Numbered from the whole stretch's first letter, positions 39,681 through 51,532 are shown. The stretch: 63,016 bases of DNA, filler included, from Lenisia limosa (GCA_001655205.1; 9 parts of 9 records of this genome joined end to end with filler, not necessarily neighbours in it), one strand, 5' to 3'. The notes: a model not told the origin generated them from the letters alone. Numbers and translations are program-made.

Positions 39681-42600
39681 TTTCAAAGAAATAGAGCCAC
39701 AATCACTGTTTTGAAGTCTGCAGTATTCTTCAGATTAATCGGATACCTTGTTGTTGAGCAGTAATAACTGTAATAATATGTGCTTTTTATATTGTCGATA
39801 ACTTTATTGTAGGAAGCTGTGCGGGATACTGCTGCTGCTGCTCTATTGGCTGAACAAAACGCTCGAATACAGAAGCTTAATGCCTTCAATGTTTGAGGAT
39901 TGCTTTGGAAATGACTGTTTAACGTTTCTTTCTCTTTTTCTTCACTGTTTTTTGCACTTGGTTCCCCATGTTTGTTGATTTTTGAAACGAGATTTTCATC
40001 TGGAACATTTATTGCCTTTGCCTATTTTCGCTACTTTTACAACATTAAATGAAGGTGTGTCTTAGTTCGAAATACCTGACTTCATTGGCATTGTTAGCAG
40101 CTGGAGGCTTTGCTTTCTTCCTGACATTGTAACAAAGCTAGAATGGTGCAATGCTATGCATGGTCAAGATATCTATTTATTCAGTCACAATGTGATCTGT
40201 AGAATGTAAAATATCTAGTGCGGGAACATGGCTAAGAGAAACGTGGTGCGAAAAGTCAGATACAATAGATTGGGGTCGGTGGCAGTCAAGCAAGTTGGCC
40301 ATGGCGTTAGATGTGGTACTGCACTCTTTGCGAAGTCCGCCTTGAACCTTCCTTGTTTTGGCTGGGTCGTATCTTCACGGCTGCCGTTGTTAATACCTGA
40401 ACTGTTAGTTACAGGTAAACATAAATTATTCTTTGAAAATGTTTTTCAAGTTGGACAAATACGAGAGAGAAAAAAACCGGGCCAACAAACTTGCAAGCCC
40501 GTTGGCCACCATTCCTTCCAGTACAGCCTTATAAATGTCAAGAAAGCAGGAGATCTTAAGGTAGTCGGGTCGGGTGGATCGCCTTGAGTGTGGGTAATGC
40601 TTGGTCCGGCTAGGATTTGCATTCTTGGCACATTGTCTGAATGAGGTCGTAAGTGATTTTGCTCCCTCACGACATCAATACACCCCAGCATAGTGGAGGT
40701 AGCGAAGTTCCCTCCATTGGCACCAGCGCATATAGAACACCAGTCTTTTCTTCACTTTCTTCGTGATCATTTTCTTCATCTGATTACTTAAATTTGCGAA
40801 ATAGTCATCTCTCGAAACACAAAAGCCACAGACAACCAGTTTTTTTTTTGCCTTTCAGGTTTACCTTCCAGTTGGCTCGATTTCTTCCCAAAGCTCTTTT
40901 TGCAATTCTGACTGGTAAGTTTATGTCAGTATTACATGATCTACATAAAATACGTTACCTGAGTTGCCATACTAACTTATCATCATGTTTCATGTATTTT
41001 GCAAATCTACCGTTCCTTATCTAATGTCCAGGGTCATACTCCTTTTTTTCACCATGTGCCTTTCCTCTTCTTTCCGGCTACGTCTCGCTCCACCTCTCAT
41101 CAAAAGAAGGAAAGTAGGGGGAGAGTAGTGCCAAAAGCCTGAAGGTTTTAATTAAATTAAACATTTACTTTTCTCCCACTAGAACACCTGTTATCTGTAG
41201 TAATTCATTCACATCCATTCAAACCCACCCCTACACCCTGCCAGTAGGGCTGGTTTTATTTATTCATTTTTTTATTTTGCTTTTTTTCGCAGTTACCCCC
41301 CCCCCNNNNNNNNNNNNNNNNNNNNNNNNNNNNNNNNNNNNNNNNNNNNNNNNNNNNNNNNNNNNNNNNNNNAAGTCTTGTACTCCTCTCTGTGATGTCT
41401 ACTCCGATAGCCCATATAATGGCGTCATTTTTGTCAAATTACGCCGACCTTATGAGTGCTTTTGTAAGACTTACTGGATAGTTTTTAGTATTACAAGAGC
41501 TCCATTGCCAAATCTAATGATAGACTGTTTTTTTGTTTTTGTTTTTTGAAATATCCTGGATCCATTTTGATAATACCATATTTTTTGGAACCGAAAATGA
41601 AGCTCTATTTTTGTATTAGGTGATTGTATAATCAATGGTTTCTCAACAGGCTGGGTCTTTATTTCTCTTGAATTTGTCGTTTTTGGTATTTTTCGTTTTA
41701 TGTGCGTATTTATCATTTTAGGTACTTATTATTATGGCGCTCTTGGTCATATTGGACATCGACGTTATGGACTATTTATCAGCGGTTCCGTCTCTGAGGC
41801 TTTTCACGGCTATCAAAAATTGGACCGATAAAAAGACTGGTACCAATGTGAGGGGAAGTATATTCCTATGGTAGAATATTTACCTTTAGACAAAGAAATA
41901 CTTACCCCTTTTTAAAACAGTATTAGTTCATAACTTTAATGCATCTTTTAGTTATCAGACCCAACTCAGACATCAACGAAGGTCAAGGCCTTTGCATATG
42001 GTCTCGGATATGGCTTTGCTTCTTCAGGATGTGTATGACGGGGGTTGGTTTGTGTTCTTATTTCATTCACAGAGCTCCCTCATTGATTTGGGAACTAAAC
42101 TTTTGTCAAGCGATCAATAACAAAAACAATAACTCAATTTTTTTCCCCTCAACATTTTGAAAACAAAAATCAGAGCTAATCATATCACTTTTTGGTTCAC
42201 TTTCACCTGTAGTTTCAACATCTCAACGTTATTAGTGTCTTGTGGTAACCTCTCATCAATATAGAATCTTCCGCTTTTCCTCTCTGTTCAAGCATCAACC
42301 CTCTCCGAGCCACCTGTATGGGCAGTTGCGCTCATATTACTCTACAGTCTATCTGCTTCAGTATTGATGGGTAGGGATCAACAGAATTTTGGAAGGTGAA
42401 TCACCGTTTGTTATTTTAACATTATTATGTTATACTATTGAGATGGTTTGATGGAAATGTCTTTGGAATCAGAAACAGTACTCTTCAAAGTTGACCATTT
42501 TAGTTATTTTCACTGCTCTTGCTTCTTCATGGGCCTCAATACTTGAAAAAGTGTTCAGAGTTCCGCCAAAATGGATGCGAATACTCACTGGTGGGAGGAG

Positions 42601-42741
42601 TGCGTACTTACTTTGATTCAAGAGCCAGCTACTCAGCAAGAAGTTTTCAGTCATACCTCTTTTGATATTTTAGGCATGGTAATGCTTGGTATTGGAATAT
42701 GGTTGATTGTGAAGGCTAAGTCGAAGTTGTTTGGAACCTAA
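39681..42741 (+). CDS. ccdA: CcdA / DsbD-family transmembrane electron transporter (cytochrome c biogenesis CcdA-like), spliced
   Basis: Exons give ...KALFAILTG|SYSFFSPCAFPLLSGYVSLHL (Cys 41055-41057) ... KAFAYGLGYGFASSGC (Cys 42030-42032)|NLPLFLSVQAST...VALILLYSLSASVLM|VIFTALASSWASILEKVFRVPPKWMRILTG|MVMLGIGIWLIVKAKSKLFGT* (TAA 42739-42741). Both redox cysteines (SPC and GC) and the terminal 'G..l..G.wl' helix of CcdA are present. Additional hydrophobic exons precede it (39681-39760, 39813-39890, 40066-40128). Confidence 0.85.
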
Positions 42742-44418
42742 TACGTGTGTAATTAATTATGGGAGTTTTGGAGGAAAATTGCTTATAAACATTTTAATTA
42801 ATGTGCTGAATGAACCTGTTTTGTGGTTTTTTCGAATGTTTCAATGCATTTTTCTTTTCATGGTAAAAATTCCTACACTGAAGTCTGGAGTTTTGGTGAA
42901 TAACTCTTTTGGTTGACCTTCATAGTGCACTGGGGTCCACAATTTTCGCCCATTACACGACAATTTACTTTGCTGATCCCTAGTTTTCAAATATTTGCTT
43001 CAATGTCAGAGGTTCTGGATAAAAACGAGAGCCAACAGGAACATAGCATAATAAATACATTCAATCTTAAACTATTGACAAAAACACACATAAATAAATA
43101 AAATAATAAAATTAACTTATCCCAAACGTCCGGTCTTTATGCGCTGAATCATAAACGGGAGGAGGGGATGAAACAAACGAATTGCCTTGAAAAAGCAAAA
43201 CTTTCATACTCGGTGGTGTTTTCTACAAATGATATTTCTAATAATAGCATAATACATGTAAATTTCATAGAGAAAACTACATTCCACAAACCGTATTCTA
43301 AATTTGAAACAGAATCATCAAGAAGAAGGGCAAATCTTTTGGGGTCTTTGTACATTCGGCTCAATTCTAAGTTACGCGGGTCTTTCTGATATATTAGGGA
43401 TTGTTTGAACTACTCACTAAAAAAAAAACAACAACCTAACATACTCATTATCATCATTTCATACACCCATCATAATCATAAACAATACTGCTTAATGGAA
43501 ATAAATAAGCTATTTGTTATTTGAAAATAGCAAGAAATGGATGAAACCTGCCATTGTCAATTCAAAGCCCAAAAAAGAGAGTCACCGAAAAAGAAATGGG
43601 GTGAAAAGGCGTGGTGTCGTGTTATTCCAGATTTTTATCTATGTATACGTCTCAAATTGGAAAGTGACATCTGTCCTAATTCCATATTGCTCTGACTCGT
43701 TGAGGCAAAGTGCCCCTATTTTCCGCCAAGCCGGCCTTGAAGTTAAAAATGCTTACACGGTCCAGATGTTGCTTCAAACTTATGTGACGTCAACAACTGC
43801 TGAATTTACCCTGCATAGAATTTGAGTAAGCATAGAATTGGGTACGAGAATAGCTTTTGGCTGTGAGTGCTGGTGTCACACTACCGCTGACAGAGTTGCC
43901 CCATCAGCTCCCGTCATCTAAAATGCAGATACATGTACGAACAGCTTCAATTTGCCCGCATTGTCAGCATTGTCAATGCAAAATTATCCCATTCAAGTTA
44001 CCCCAGATCTCCCTCCTCCAAAAGATCTGCAAAGAGGGCTGGAACTGATGAACGCTTACATAAAGCTTGCAAATGTGTTATGATTATCCATCTGAATCAG
44101 TAAAATAATTGTCTTATTAACAATGAAATATGACAGACGCAATACAAGTGTCGTATCTGCTTCTTTGATTGAACTATGTTGTCGTATATTTTCAATAAGA
44201 TTGACGCGATCATAACATGTAAATCGATTTATGAGGAGAGGGTTCGTCATTTATTTAAAGTGTTTCTTTGAATTTTTTTCATCAACACGTTGAAAATCGG
44301 AATCAACTTTATGCAGCACAGCTCTAATGCAAAGATATGGGTATAGAGGGTTAGGGAAAAAGAAAAAAATATGATGAGAGCAGGTGCATAAAAAGAGAGA
44401 TAATATTCGACTATTACT

Positions 44419-44834
44419 CAGCAATCCTCCTACAAATTGAACTGGTGAAACATCCGCACCATGTAGCTGAAGATATTGATAGGTTTCTAGATCGCCAATG
44501 TAAAGCGCATCGTAGAGCCACCAATCTTCCTAATAATAAGCGGGTTGACTACTCTAATGTTGCTATAGAAAACGATAAAAAAACAGCCAAGAGTATTCGT
44601 TTTCATTGAAATTATGATCAAAAAAGTTAACTCTCAATACATCTTTGATGAGAATAACATAGCAAAAAACAATGATAATTATCATTACAATTTGGGAGAA
44701 TAAGTAAGGTTGCAAGTCATACTCACCTTGTTTCTTGAACAACTTGGGTCAAATCCGCAATCTTGGCAGTTTTCCATCAAGAAATGGACCATCGACGAGT
44801 CGTGATCCAAAATGGCTGTCTTCATTGGGTGGAC
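44419..44834 (-). CDS. Exons of a probable ankyrin-repeat-like protein (fragment)
   Basis: Two GT-AG bounded exons read VHPMKTAILDHDSSMVHFLMENCQDCGFDPSCSRNK and EDWWLYDALYIGDLETYQYLQLHGADVSP, resembling ankyrin helices. The rest of the gene could not be resolved. Confidence 0.35.
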
Positions 44835-45245
44835 CTGTGTTTGAATTAATCATTATAACAGCATTTCCAAGAATCAAATCATAAAAAAATGAAATTACAT
44901 TCCATTTCAGTAAAACACTGATAACTATTATACTAGTATAGGTGGGGGGACATGACCGTGTCCACTTTTTTTTTATTTTCTTCAAAAAAACACTAATTCA
45001 ATAAAAAATGTTGCGAAGGGGAAAGCNNNNNNNNNNNNNNNNNNNNNNNNNNNNNNNNNNNNNNNNNNNNTTAATTAATTAANNNNNNNNNNNNNNNNNN
45101 NNNNNNNNNNNNNNNNNNNNNNNNNNTCATCAACATCACCACCATCATCAATATCATCAACATCACCACCATCATCAATATCATCATCACCACCACCAAC
45201 CATCACAATCATCACTTTCAACCTGACCATGCATAACTGGTGTAG

Positions 45246-47601
45246 TACTAAGGGGCGTGTCCAATGTTGAGGCTGCCATTAAGGGTTGTGAGGCTCTGAA
45301 GAACGGTGGTACCTTTGTCAACTACTTCGGATTACAGAGGTCCGTGTGGAGAGGTCGACTGCTGTTTATTATTGTTCTTTTCTGCTTCCCGCCCCTCCCC
45401 CTCTTTTTCTTTATCATTTTTTTTTTTCTTTTTTTTTTNNNNNNNNNNNNNNNNNNNNNNNNNNNNNNNNNNNNNNNNNNNNNNNNNNNNNNNNNNNNNN
45501 NNNNNNNNNNNNNNNNNNNNTATTAAGCACTGGGATAGAGGAATCAGATGTAATATTGAACTCAAAGCCCTGAACATTTCAGTCAATAGCCTACATTTAA
45601 GCGTAATAGATATGGAAAATCCAAAATAAAGGGACTTCAAGGGCTGAAATTTTATAAATGACACAAAACAAACGTTTAACGGTACTTTACCGCGCACAAA
45701 CACCAACGGCGTTCTTAGCGGACAAGTCGGTCTGTTGGTAGGTTGGTAATAGAAATGTATTTGAATTCAAAGAGCTATTGCAACGTTTCACCTTCCCTAT
45801 CAATGAGCTTCTTTTAGCTGACTACCCTAAAACATGTTCTTGACCGTAGTGTGGTGAGTCTCATCGCCACGAAATATCAGCCTACTCAGGATGGAGTCCT
45901 GCGAGACGGTCAGCTCAGTCTCTGTTCCAGCTCCAACGCAAGGGGTGGTAAATCTGTACTTCAGGAACTGCAATCAAGTTACATCTTGGGGACCAAAACC
46001 GCGGACACAAACAATACAGCAAACCTGATGCATTAGCAGACCTACTTTGCCACCCTGTCAAAACAGAATCGCAATTGATGAGGACTGCACTTTAAGCAAA
46101 GGATTAGGTTATTTTTCATCAAGTTCCAAAATGGCATTCTGACTCTACGATTTTTCAACAAAAAATGAAGACGATGCAACCTTTGCTCGGGACTACGTGG
46201 ACAGGGCTGGGTTTTCGAAGTATGGTGCTCGTCAGGTCGATCGAGGTTGAACAGCAATCCTTCTGTCCCTATCCATGTTGATGGTTTATGCTGACTATCG
46301 AGCAGGCAGGGTCCGGTCTCATCCAATGCCCTTGTGAAAGCATGGTGGAGGAGAAATGCTATTTTTGGCGCGCGATTACAAACTGCAACTGAGTTGTGAT
46401 TATTAAATGATGTCCCTTATAGGGGCTTCACTTCGGTTCGAAAATGACTGGGGAAAGATTGATAGTTTACCTCAACAACAACAACAACCTGACAACAATT
46501 AACAACTCAAGAGAAAAAACAACTGAAGAGAGAAAACAACTGAAGAGAAAAAGCAAGGACGTCTGCAGTGTGTCTGCCTGAGCTTCTTTTTTTTTGTTAT
46601 CAATCCTTGTGTGTTGTCAACCAGCGATTTGGGCTTTTTTTCTCATAAATTGTCCAATTTTAATTCCCTCCCCCCTCCCGCAGATTCGGAACTGGAACAA
46701 TTGGGACGCATGCAGTTGGGCGTGCCATTCTCCAGGGTGATTATCAGACTGTCGGGGGTGAATGGAGTTAAAAGACACCTCTTCTTTTTCAGTACGGAGT
46801 TCTTTCACACCATATTTGTAATTCTTCCGGCCACCTTCCATATTTTTTTTATTAATCGGCCACTTACCATATTTTTAATTATTTTGGCCACTTACCATAT
46901 CAGGCAGTTGACGCCATTTTGCAACCCTCAGACAGGATTAAGCCAGAAGGTCAGGCCGCCCTTAGAATTTGGCACGAAACAAAGGTGAGCGTGCTGATAT
47001 CATGGAATGTCCTGTTAACATAATTTCGCTGGTAATTGGGCACTTTGTTGTTCAAACAAGATAGCACACTGTTCCATTAGTGGACTATCTGTGCTTGTCT
47101 TTTTCAAATTAATTTTCAATTCTCTTGACGCAGTAGGATGCTCAAGCGGCTCTCAATGCCCTCCCCAAGTTCATGCGAATTGAAAGGTGCGACCAATGTA
47201 AAAGAAATCCTGGGGGGTATACATGCGCTATATGATAATACTATATAGTATATATATATTTATATCATATGATATAGTATATACTATGCATATATTATAT
47301 GATATATAAATCTATCTACTATATGATATGATATTATGCTACATCAGATACGATATTGCCTAATACATGCCTTCATAGATATGAGATGATTGGGTGAATT
47401 AATATTATACAATAATCCAATATCTCTTAAAGCGTGATGGTGTGGATGATGTCGGCCAGATACTACCTTATTTTTTATTTATCATTGCTATATTCTAGTC
47501 ATTTGGACCCGATATGAATCCTCCTTCATTATTTCAGAGACCTTCTGTGGGGACTTGTCAAGGGTGGCGGAAAGAACGCCTTGATGAACGGTCTCACCAA
47601 A
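45246..47601 (+). CDS. PUS7: tRNA pseudouridine synthase PUS7 / TruD family, internal fragment
   Basis: Exons read LRGVSNVEAAIKGCEALKNGGTFVNYFGLQR|FGTGTIGTHAVGRAILQ ... AVDAILQPSDRIKPEGQAALRIWHETK|DAQAALNALPKFMRIER|DLLWGLVKGGGKNALMNGLTK. NYFGLQRFG is the TruD/PUS7 signature. Confidence 0.88.
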
Positions 47602-47781
47602 GTCCGAGGGAATTGGGGGGGGGGGATGNNNNNNNNNNNNNNNNNNNNNNNNNNNNNNNNNNNNNNNNNNNNTTAATTAATTAANNNNNNNNNNNNNNNN
47701 NNNNNNNNNNNNNNNNNNNNNNNNNNNNCCCCCCCCCCCCCCATTGGACACATAGTTAATATTCGATTCTCACATTTGCAG

Positions 47782-48129
47782 CAAGAAAACGCAGCTGAGA
47801 TGGAGCCTGATGATGATGAGATGGAAATGGGTAGGCCACCTTCGCTTTTTTGTAACATACGTTACATCCTCTCTCAAACCCCCCCCCTCCGCACTGCGAT
47901 TGGATGCGGTGCTGCAGAAGCGACTNNNNNNNNNNNNNNNNNNNNNNNNNNNNNNNNNNNNNNNNNNNNNNNNNNNNNNNNNNNNNNNNNNNNNNNNNNN
48001 NNNNNNNNNNNNNNNNNNNNNNNNNNNNNNNNNNNNNNNNNNNNNNNNNNNTGCCCTCCCCTGACCCCCCAAGACGACGCCTCTGATGATGAGTATGTCC
48101 AGTCCGACGACGGCATGGGTTCGGACTAG
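47782..48129 (+). CDS. Last two exons of an unidentified protein with an acidic C-terminal tail
   Basis: QENAAEMEPDDDEMEM(D)|DASDDEYVQSDDGMGSD*, with a phase-compatible junction and TAG at 48127-48129. Confidence 0.45.
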   Translation, partial: QENAAEMEPDDDEMEMGRPPSLFCNIRYILSQTPPLRTAIGCGAAEATXXXXXXXXXXXXXXXXXXXXXXXXXXXXXXXXXXXXXXXXXXCPPLTPQDDASDDEYVQSDDGMGSD

Positions 48130-49289
48130 TGTTTCTTAGACTTTCTTATGAATTGTACTGTACAATCTTCAGATCCTTCTATTAGGGCTCACAACAGCCT
48201 ATAAACTAAAACATCCACATATTTTAGAGGGTTTAGAGGGACCATGGGCATTACTACTGTCGGCAAACAGTTTTCGCAGCTTCGAATGCAGGGTTCTTAG
48301 ACAGCGTTATTAGTCTGGGGGAGGGGAACGGGTAATTGCTTCATCAACTATCAAACAGTTCAACCCCCCCCCCATCCACTTACAATGTCTTCTGATTTAC
48401 AGGTAGGATTGGGCTGAGAGGGGGTACTTTCATTCTCTACTGCAATCTACAAAGTAACAACAGTCACATCCGAGGAGGGTCACATCGTTCCAGAAGAGCA
48501 GAAAAGTTGAAGGTGTCATCAGACATCTCCCAATCCCCCATTCCCCTACAGTAAATGTATCTTTGTCCGTGTTAACAGGGTTGAGCTGGGACTCGGTGCT
48601 TTCTTTTGCGTCAACCTACAAAGATGACGCCACCTTGTCATAAACAGTCCAAATAAGTGGAAATAAAGAAAACTGTGAATTGAATAGTATGACGTTCCAT
48701 CATAAGCTTTGAATGTCATGTGATATTTTGTCGTGTTTATGACATTTTTATTTATAATATACTATCATATGATATAATATATCATATGTAAAAACACTAT
48801 TAGTCCTTCTGTAGTACAGTCATAAAACCATTCACCATCCTCCATACACTATTCTCGTGATCCTTGTCAGGTGAATTGAGTTGGGATTTGGTGCTTTCTT
48901 TCTCAGTATCAATCTATAAAGATGAAAATAGAATATATATAATATTGCAAAACAAAAAAACTGCAAATGGAAACAATTTTTTTTTTGAACTTTGCAATTC
49001 ACTGATACATAGCAGAGTAAAAAATATCATAATGTAAATGAAACCACGAATTGATTTTAATAATTAACCACTCCCATCATCCCCCAGACGGTGTTAACCA
49101 CTCCCATCATCCCCCAGACGGTGNNNNNNNNNNNNNNNNNNNNNNNNNNNNNNNNNNNNNNNNNNNNTTAATTAATTAANNNNNNNNNNNNNNNNNNNNN
49201 NNNNNNNNNNNNNNNNNNNNNNNGCAGGGGATATAGGTGTTATGACGGTTGATTATACTCGGCTATATCACTTGCTTTCTATCACCTAC

Positions 49290-51532
49290 TTCAGCCTTCT
49301 GTTCGAGCGAGGGTTCAGGAGCGGACGGTCCTTCGATTTGCGCCTGAACTACCAGGGAAGTTGCCATTGCCACCTGTACGAGATTAAAAATAATAATATG
49401 AAAATATTGAACAAAAAAAAAAAAAAAAAAAAAAANNNNNNNNNNNNNNNNNNNNNNNNNNNNNNNNNNNNNNNNNNNNNNNNNNNNNNNNNNNNNNNNN
49501 NNNNNNNNNNNNNNNNNNNNNNNNNNNNNNNNNNNNNNNNNNNNNNNNNNNNNNNNNNNNNNNNNNNNNNNNNNNNNNNNNNNNNNNNNNNNNNNNNNNN
49601 NNNNNNNNNNNNNNNNNNNNNNNNNNNNNNNNNNNNNNNNNNNNNACCCCCAACCCACTCGGGATGCGACCTCCTGCCAGGACTGACGGAACTCAATTGG
49701 GAGAGGCTGAAAACATTAGGAATATGAATTCTACCAGTAAATAACAATTTACTGTTTGTTTTCCAACCTGTTTATCAAGGAAAACGGCAGAGAGAGTATC
49801 ACAGTGCTTCTGCAGTCTTGAGAGAGCATCATCAGTTCCCGATGCAAGAGCCTGGTCTAAATCGAGTTAAATTACCAGGTACTGTTTCAGGCAAATTGAG
49901 AAGAGTATTGGTAAAAATGACATGGATAGTGTTATATAATGAGTTGGAAGGTGTTGAATGTGTTGAGGAAATGAGAAAGAAAGACCCACCATCCCAACAG
50001 ACTTCAACTCAGTAATATCTCCAAAATACTTACAAACAACTACCCCTCCCCCCATACGCTCAAATCAATAATAATACAAAAAAAAAACACTCCCATACNN
50101 NNNNNNNNNNNNNNNNNNNNNNNNNNNNNNNNNNNNNNNNNNNNNNNNNNNNNNNNNNNNNNNNNNNNNNNNNNNNNNNNNNNNNNNNNNNNNNNNNNNN
50201 NNNNNNNNNNNNNNNNNNNNNNNNNNNNNNNNNNNNNNNNNNNNNNNNNNNNNNNNNNNNNNNNNNNNNNNNNNNNNNNNNNNNNNNNNNNNNNNNNNNN
50301 NNNNNNNNNNNNNNNNNNNNNNNNNNNNNNNNNNNNNNNNAACCCCCCACTTCGGTCTGAGTGGCGTCAGGCTGGTGTTCGGGGAGTTTGGAGGGCACCT
50401 CGTCTTCGTAGGAGATGATCAGCTTCTGGGGAGAGTAAATCTAAAACGACGCGACACACACACACACATACACACAAAAAAAAAAAANNNNNNNNNNNNN
50501 NNNNNNNNNNNNNNNNNNNNNNNNNNNNNNNNNNNNNNNNNNNNNNNNNNNNNNNNNNNNNNNNNNNNNNNNNNNNNNNNNNNNNNNNNNNNNNNNNNNN
50601 NNNNNNNNNNNNNNNNNNNNNNNNNNNNNNNNNNNNNNNNNNATGATGTCGCTGCAGAAGCCGGTCATCTTGGTGATCTGGGGGAGGGGGGTAAATTGGA
50701 GTAAAATTTGGGTAAAATTGGGGGAAAATATCTAATTTGTGAAACAAAAAAGCCAAAATAAACTCTGTTAGCTAACAATAACACAAGAGGGTTGATAAGA
50801 AAATTTATGAAACAAAAAATCCCAGAAAATAAACTCTGTTAGACAACAACACACGAGAGTCAAGAACAAACAAACCCAGCCTCACCTCAACATCTGAAAT
50901 GATGCCTGCGGCGGCAGCGATACCGACAAAGAGTGTGACCTCGTGGATGGTTGACTTGAGAGTCTCAACAAAGTTGCGGAGGTCGGACTAAAGGGTGATA
51001 TACATAGATATGAATAATTGTCAACACTTTTCGAGGATTTATTGAAAATTTCAGTCTTTGTTTTTAACCGAAGTGAAGCCAAATACACCTTTTACACTCC
51101 CATTACCTTGCTAGCAGCCTCGTCAAGGGTGGTTCTCAGCTCACGAAGGCGGGCAAAGAGTAACTTGAAAGACTTGGCCTGAGGGATGAGAAAAATAAAT
51201 AGTGAAAGACTTGGCCTTGTTGAAGGATAAAATTATAAAGACCAAGTCTTGAAGGAAAGTGAACTATTCATAGGAACAACAACAACAATAAATAATATTA
51301 ATAATAATTACAAAAATAATTGCTGTTTTGTTTGGAGTTTCGAATTTTTCGGTTCGTGATTAGTACCTTTACCCCAATATTCTTCATCGAAATTATCTTC
51401 GTTTTACCCCCCCCCCCCCAACCTTAGGTCCATTCGGATGGCCTGCGGCGGCGGCGGCAGCGAACTGAACCTGCATTCCGCAGATTTGTGATGACGTGGA
51501 CAGCGCGTTGAGCTGACGAGCCAAGGCTGGCT
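49290..51532 (-). CDS. Unidentified predominantly alpha-helical protein, internal fragment (at least 7 exons)
   Basis: Consecutive phase-0 exons read PALARQLNALSTSSQICGMQVQFAAAAAAGHPNGPK|AKSFKLLFARLRELRTTLDEAASK|SDLRNFVETLKSTIHEVTLFVGIAAAAGIISDVE|ITKMTGFCSDI..|IYSPQKLIISYEDEVPSKLPEHQPDATQTE|PLPIEFRQSWQEVASR|VAMATSLVVQAQIEGPSAPEPSLEQKAE. The codon usage resembles that of the other genes. Confidence 0.65.

Noticed and set aside
39273-39896. Alternative ends of the thioredoxin gene (TAA at 39363 by read-through, or EAVRDTAAAA...NV* at 39896)
   Set aside because: These are not excluded, but they are disfavoured because a different set of junctions gives an uninterrupted hydrophobic frame running into the CcdA SPC exon. 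cDNA is needed to decide.
44056-44320. Possible stop-codon reassignment (an open frame interrupted by a single TAA directly before ATG; also a lone TGA near 40675 on the minus strand)
   Set aside because: The 4105-codon ORF contains no in-frame TAA, TAG or TGA, and well-supported genes end in TAG (pepM), TGA (PHTF-like) and TAA (CcdA), so the standard code fits.
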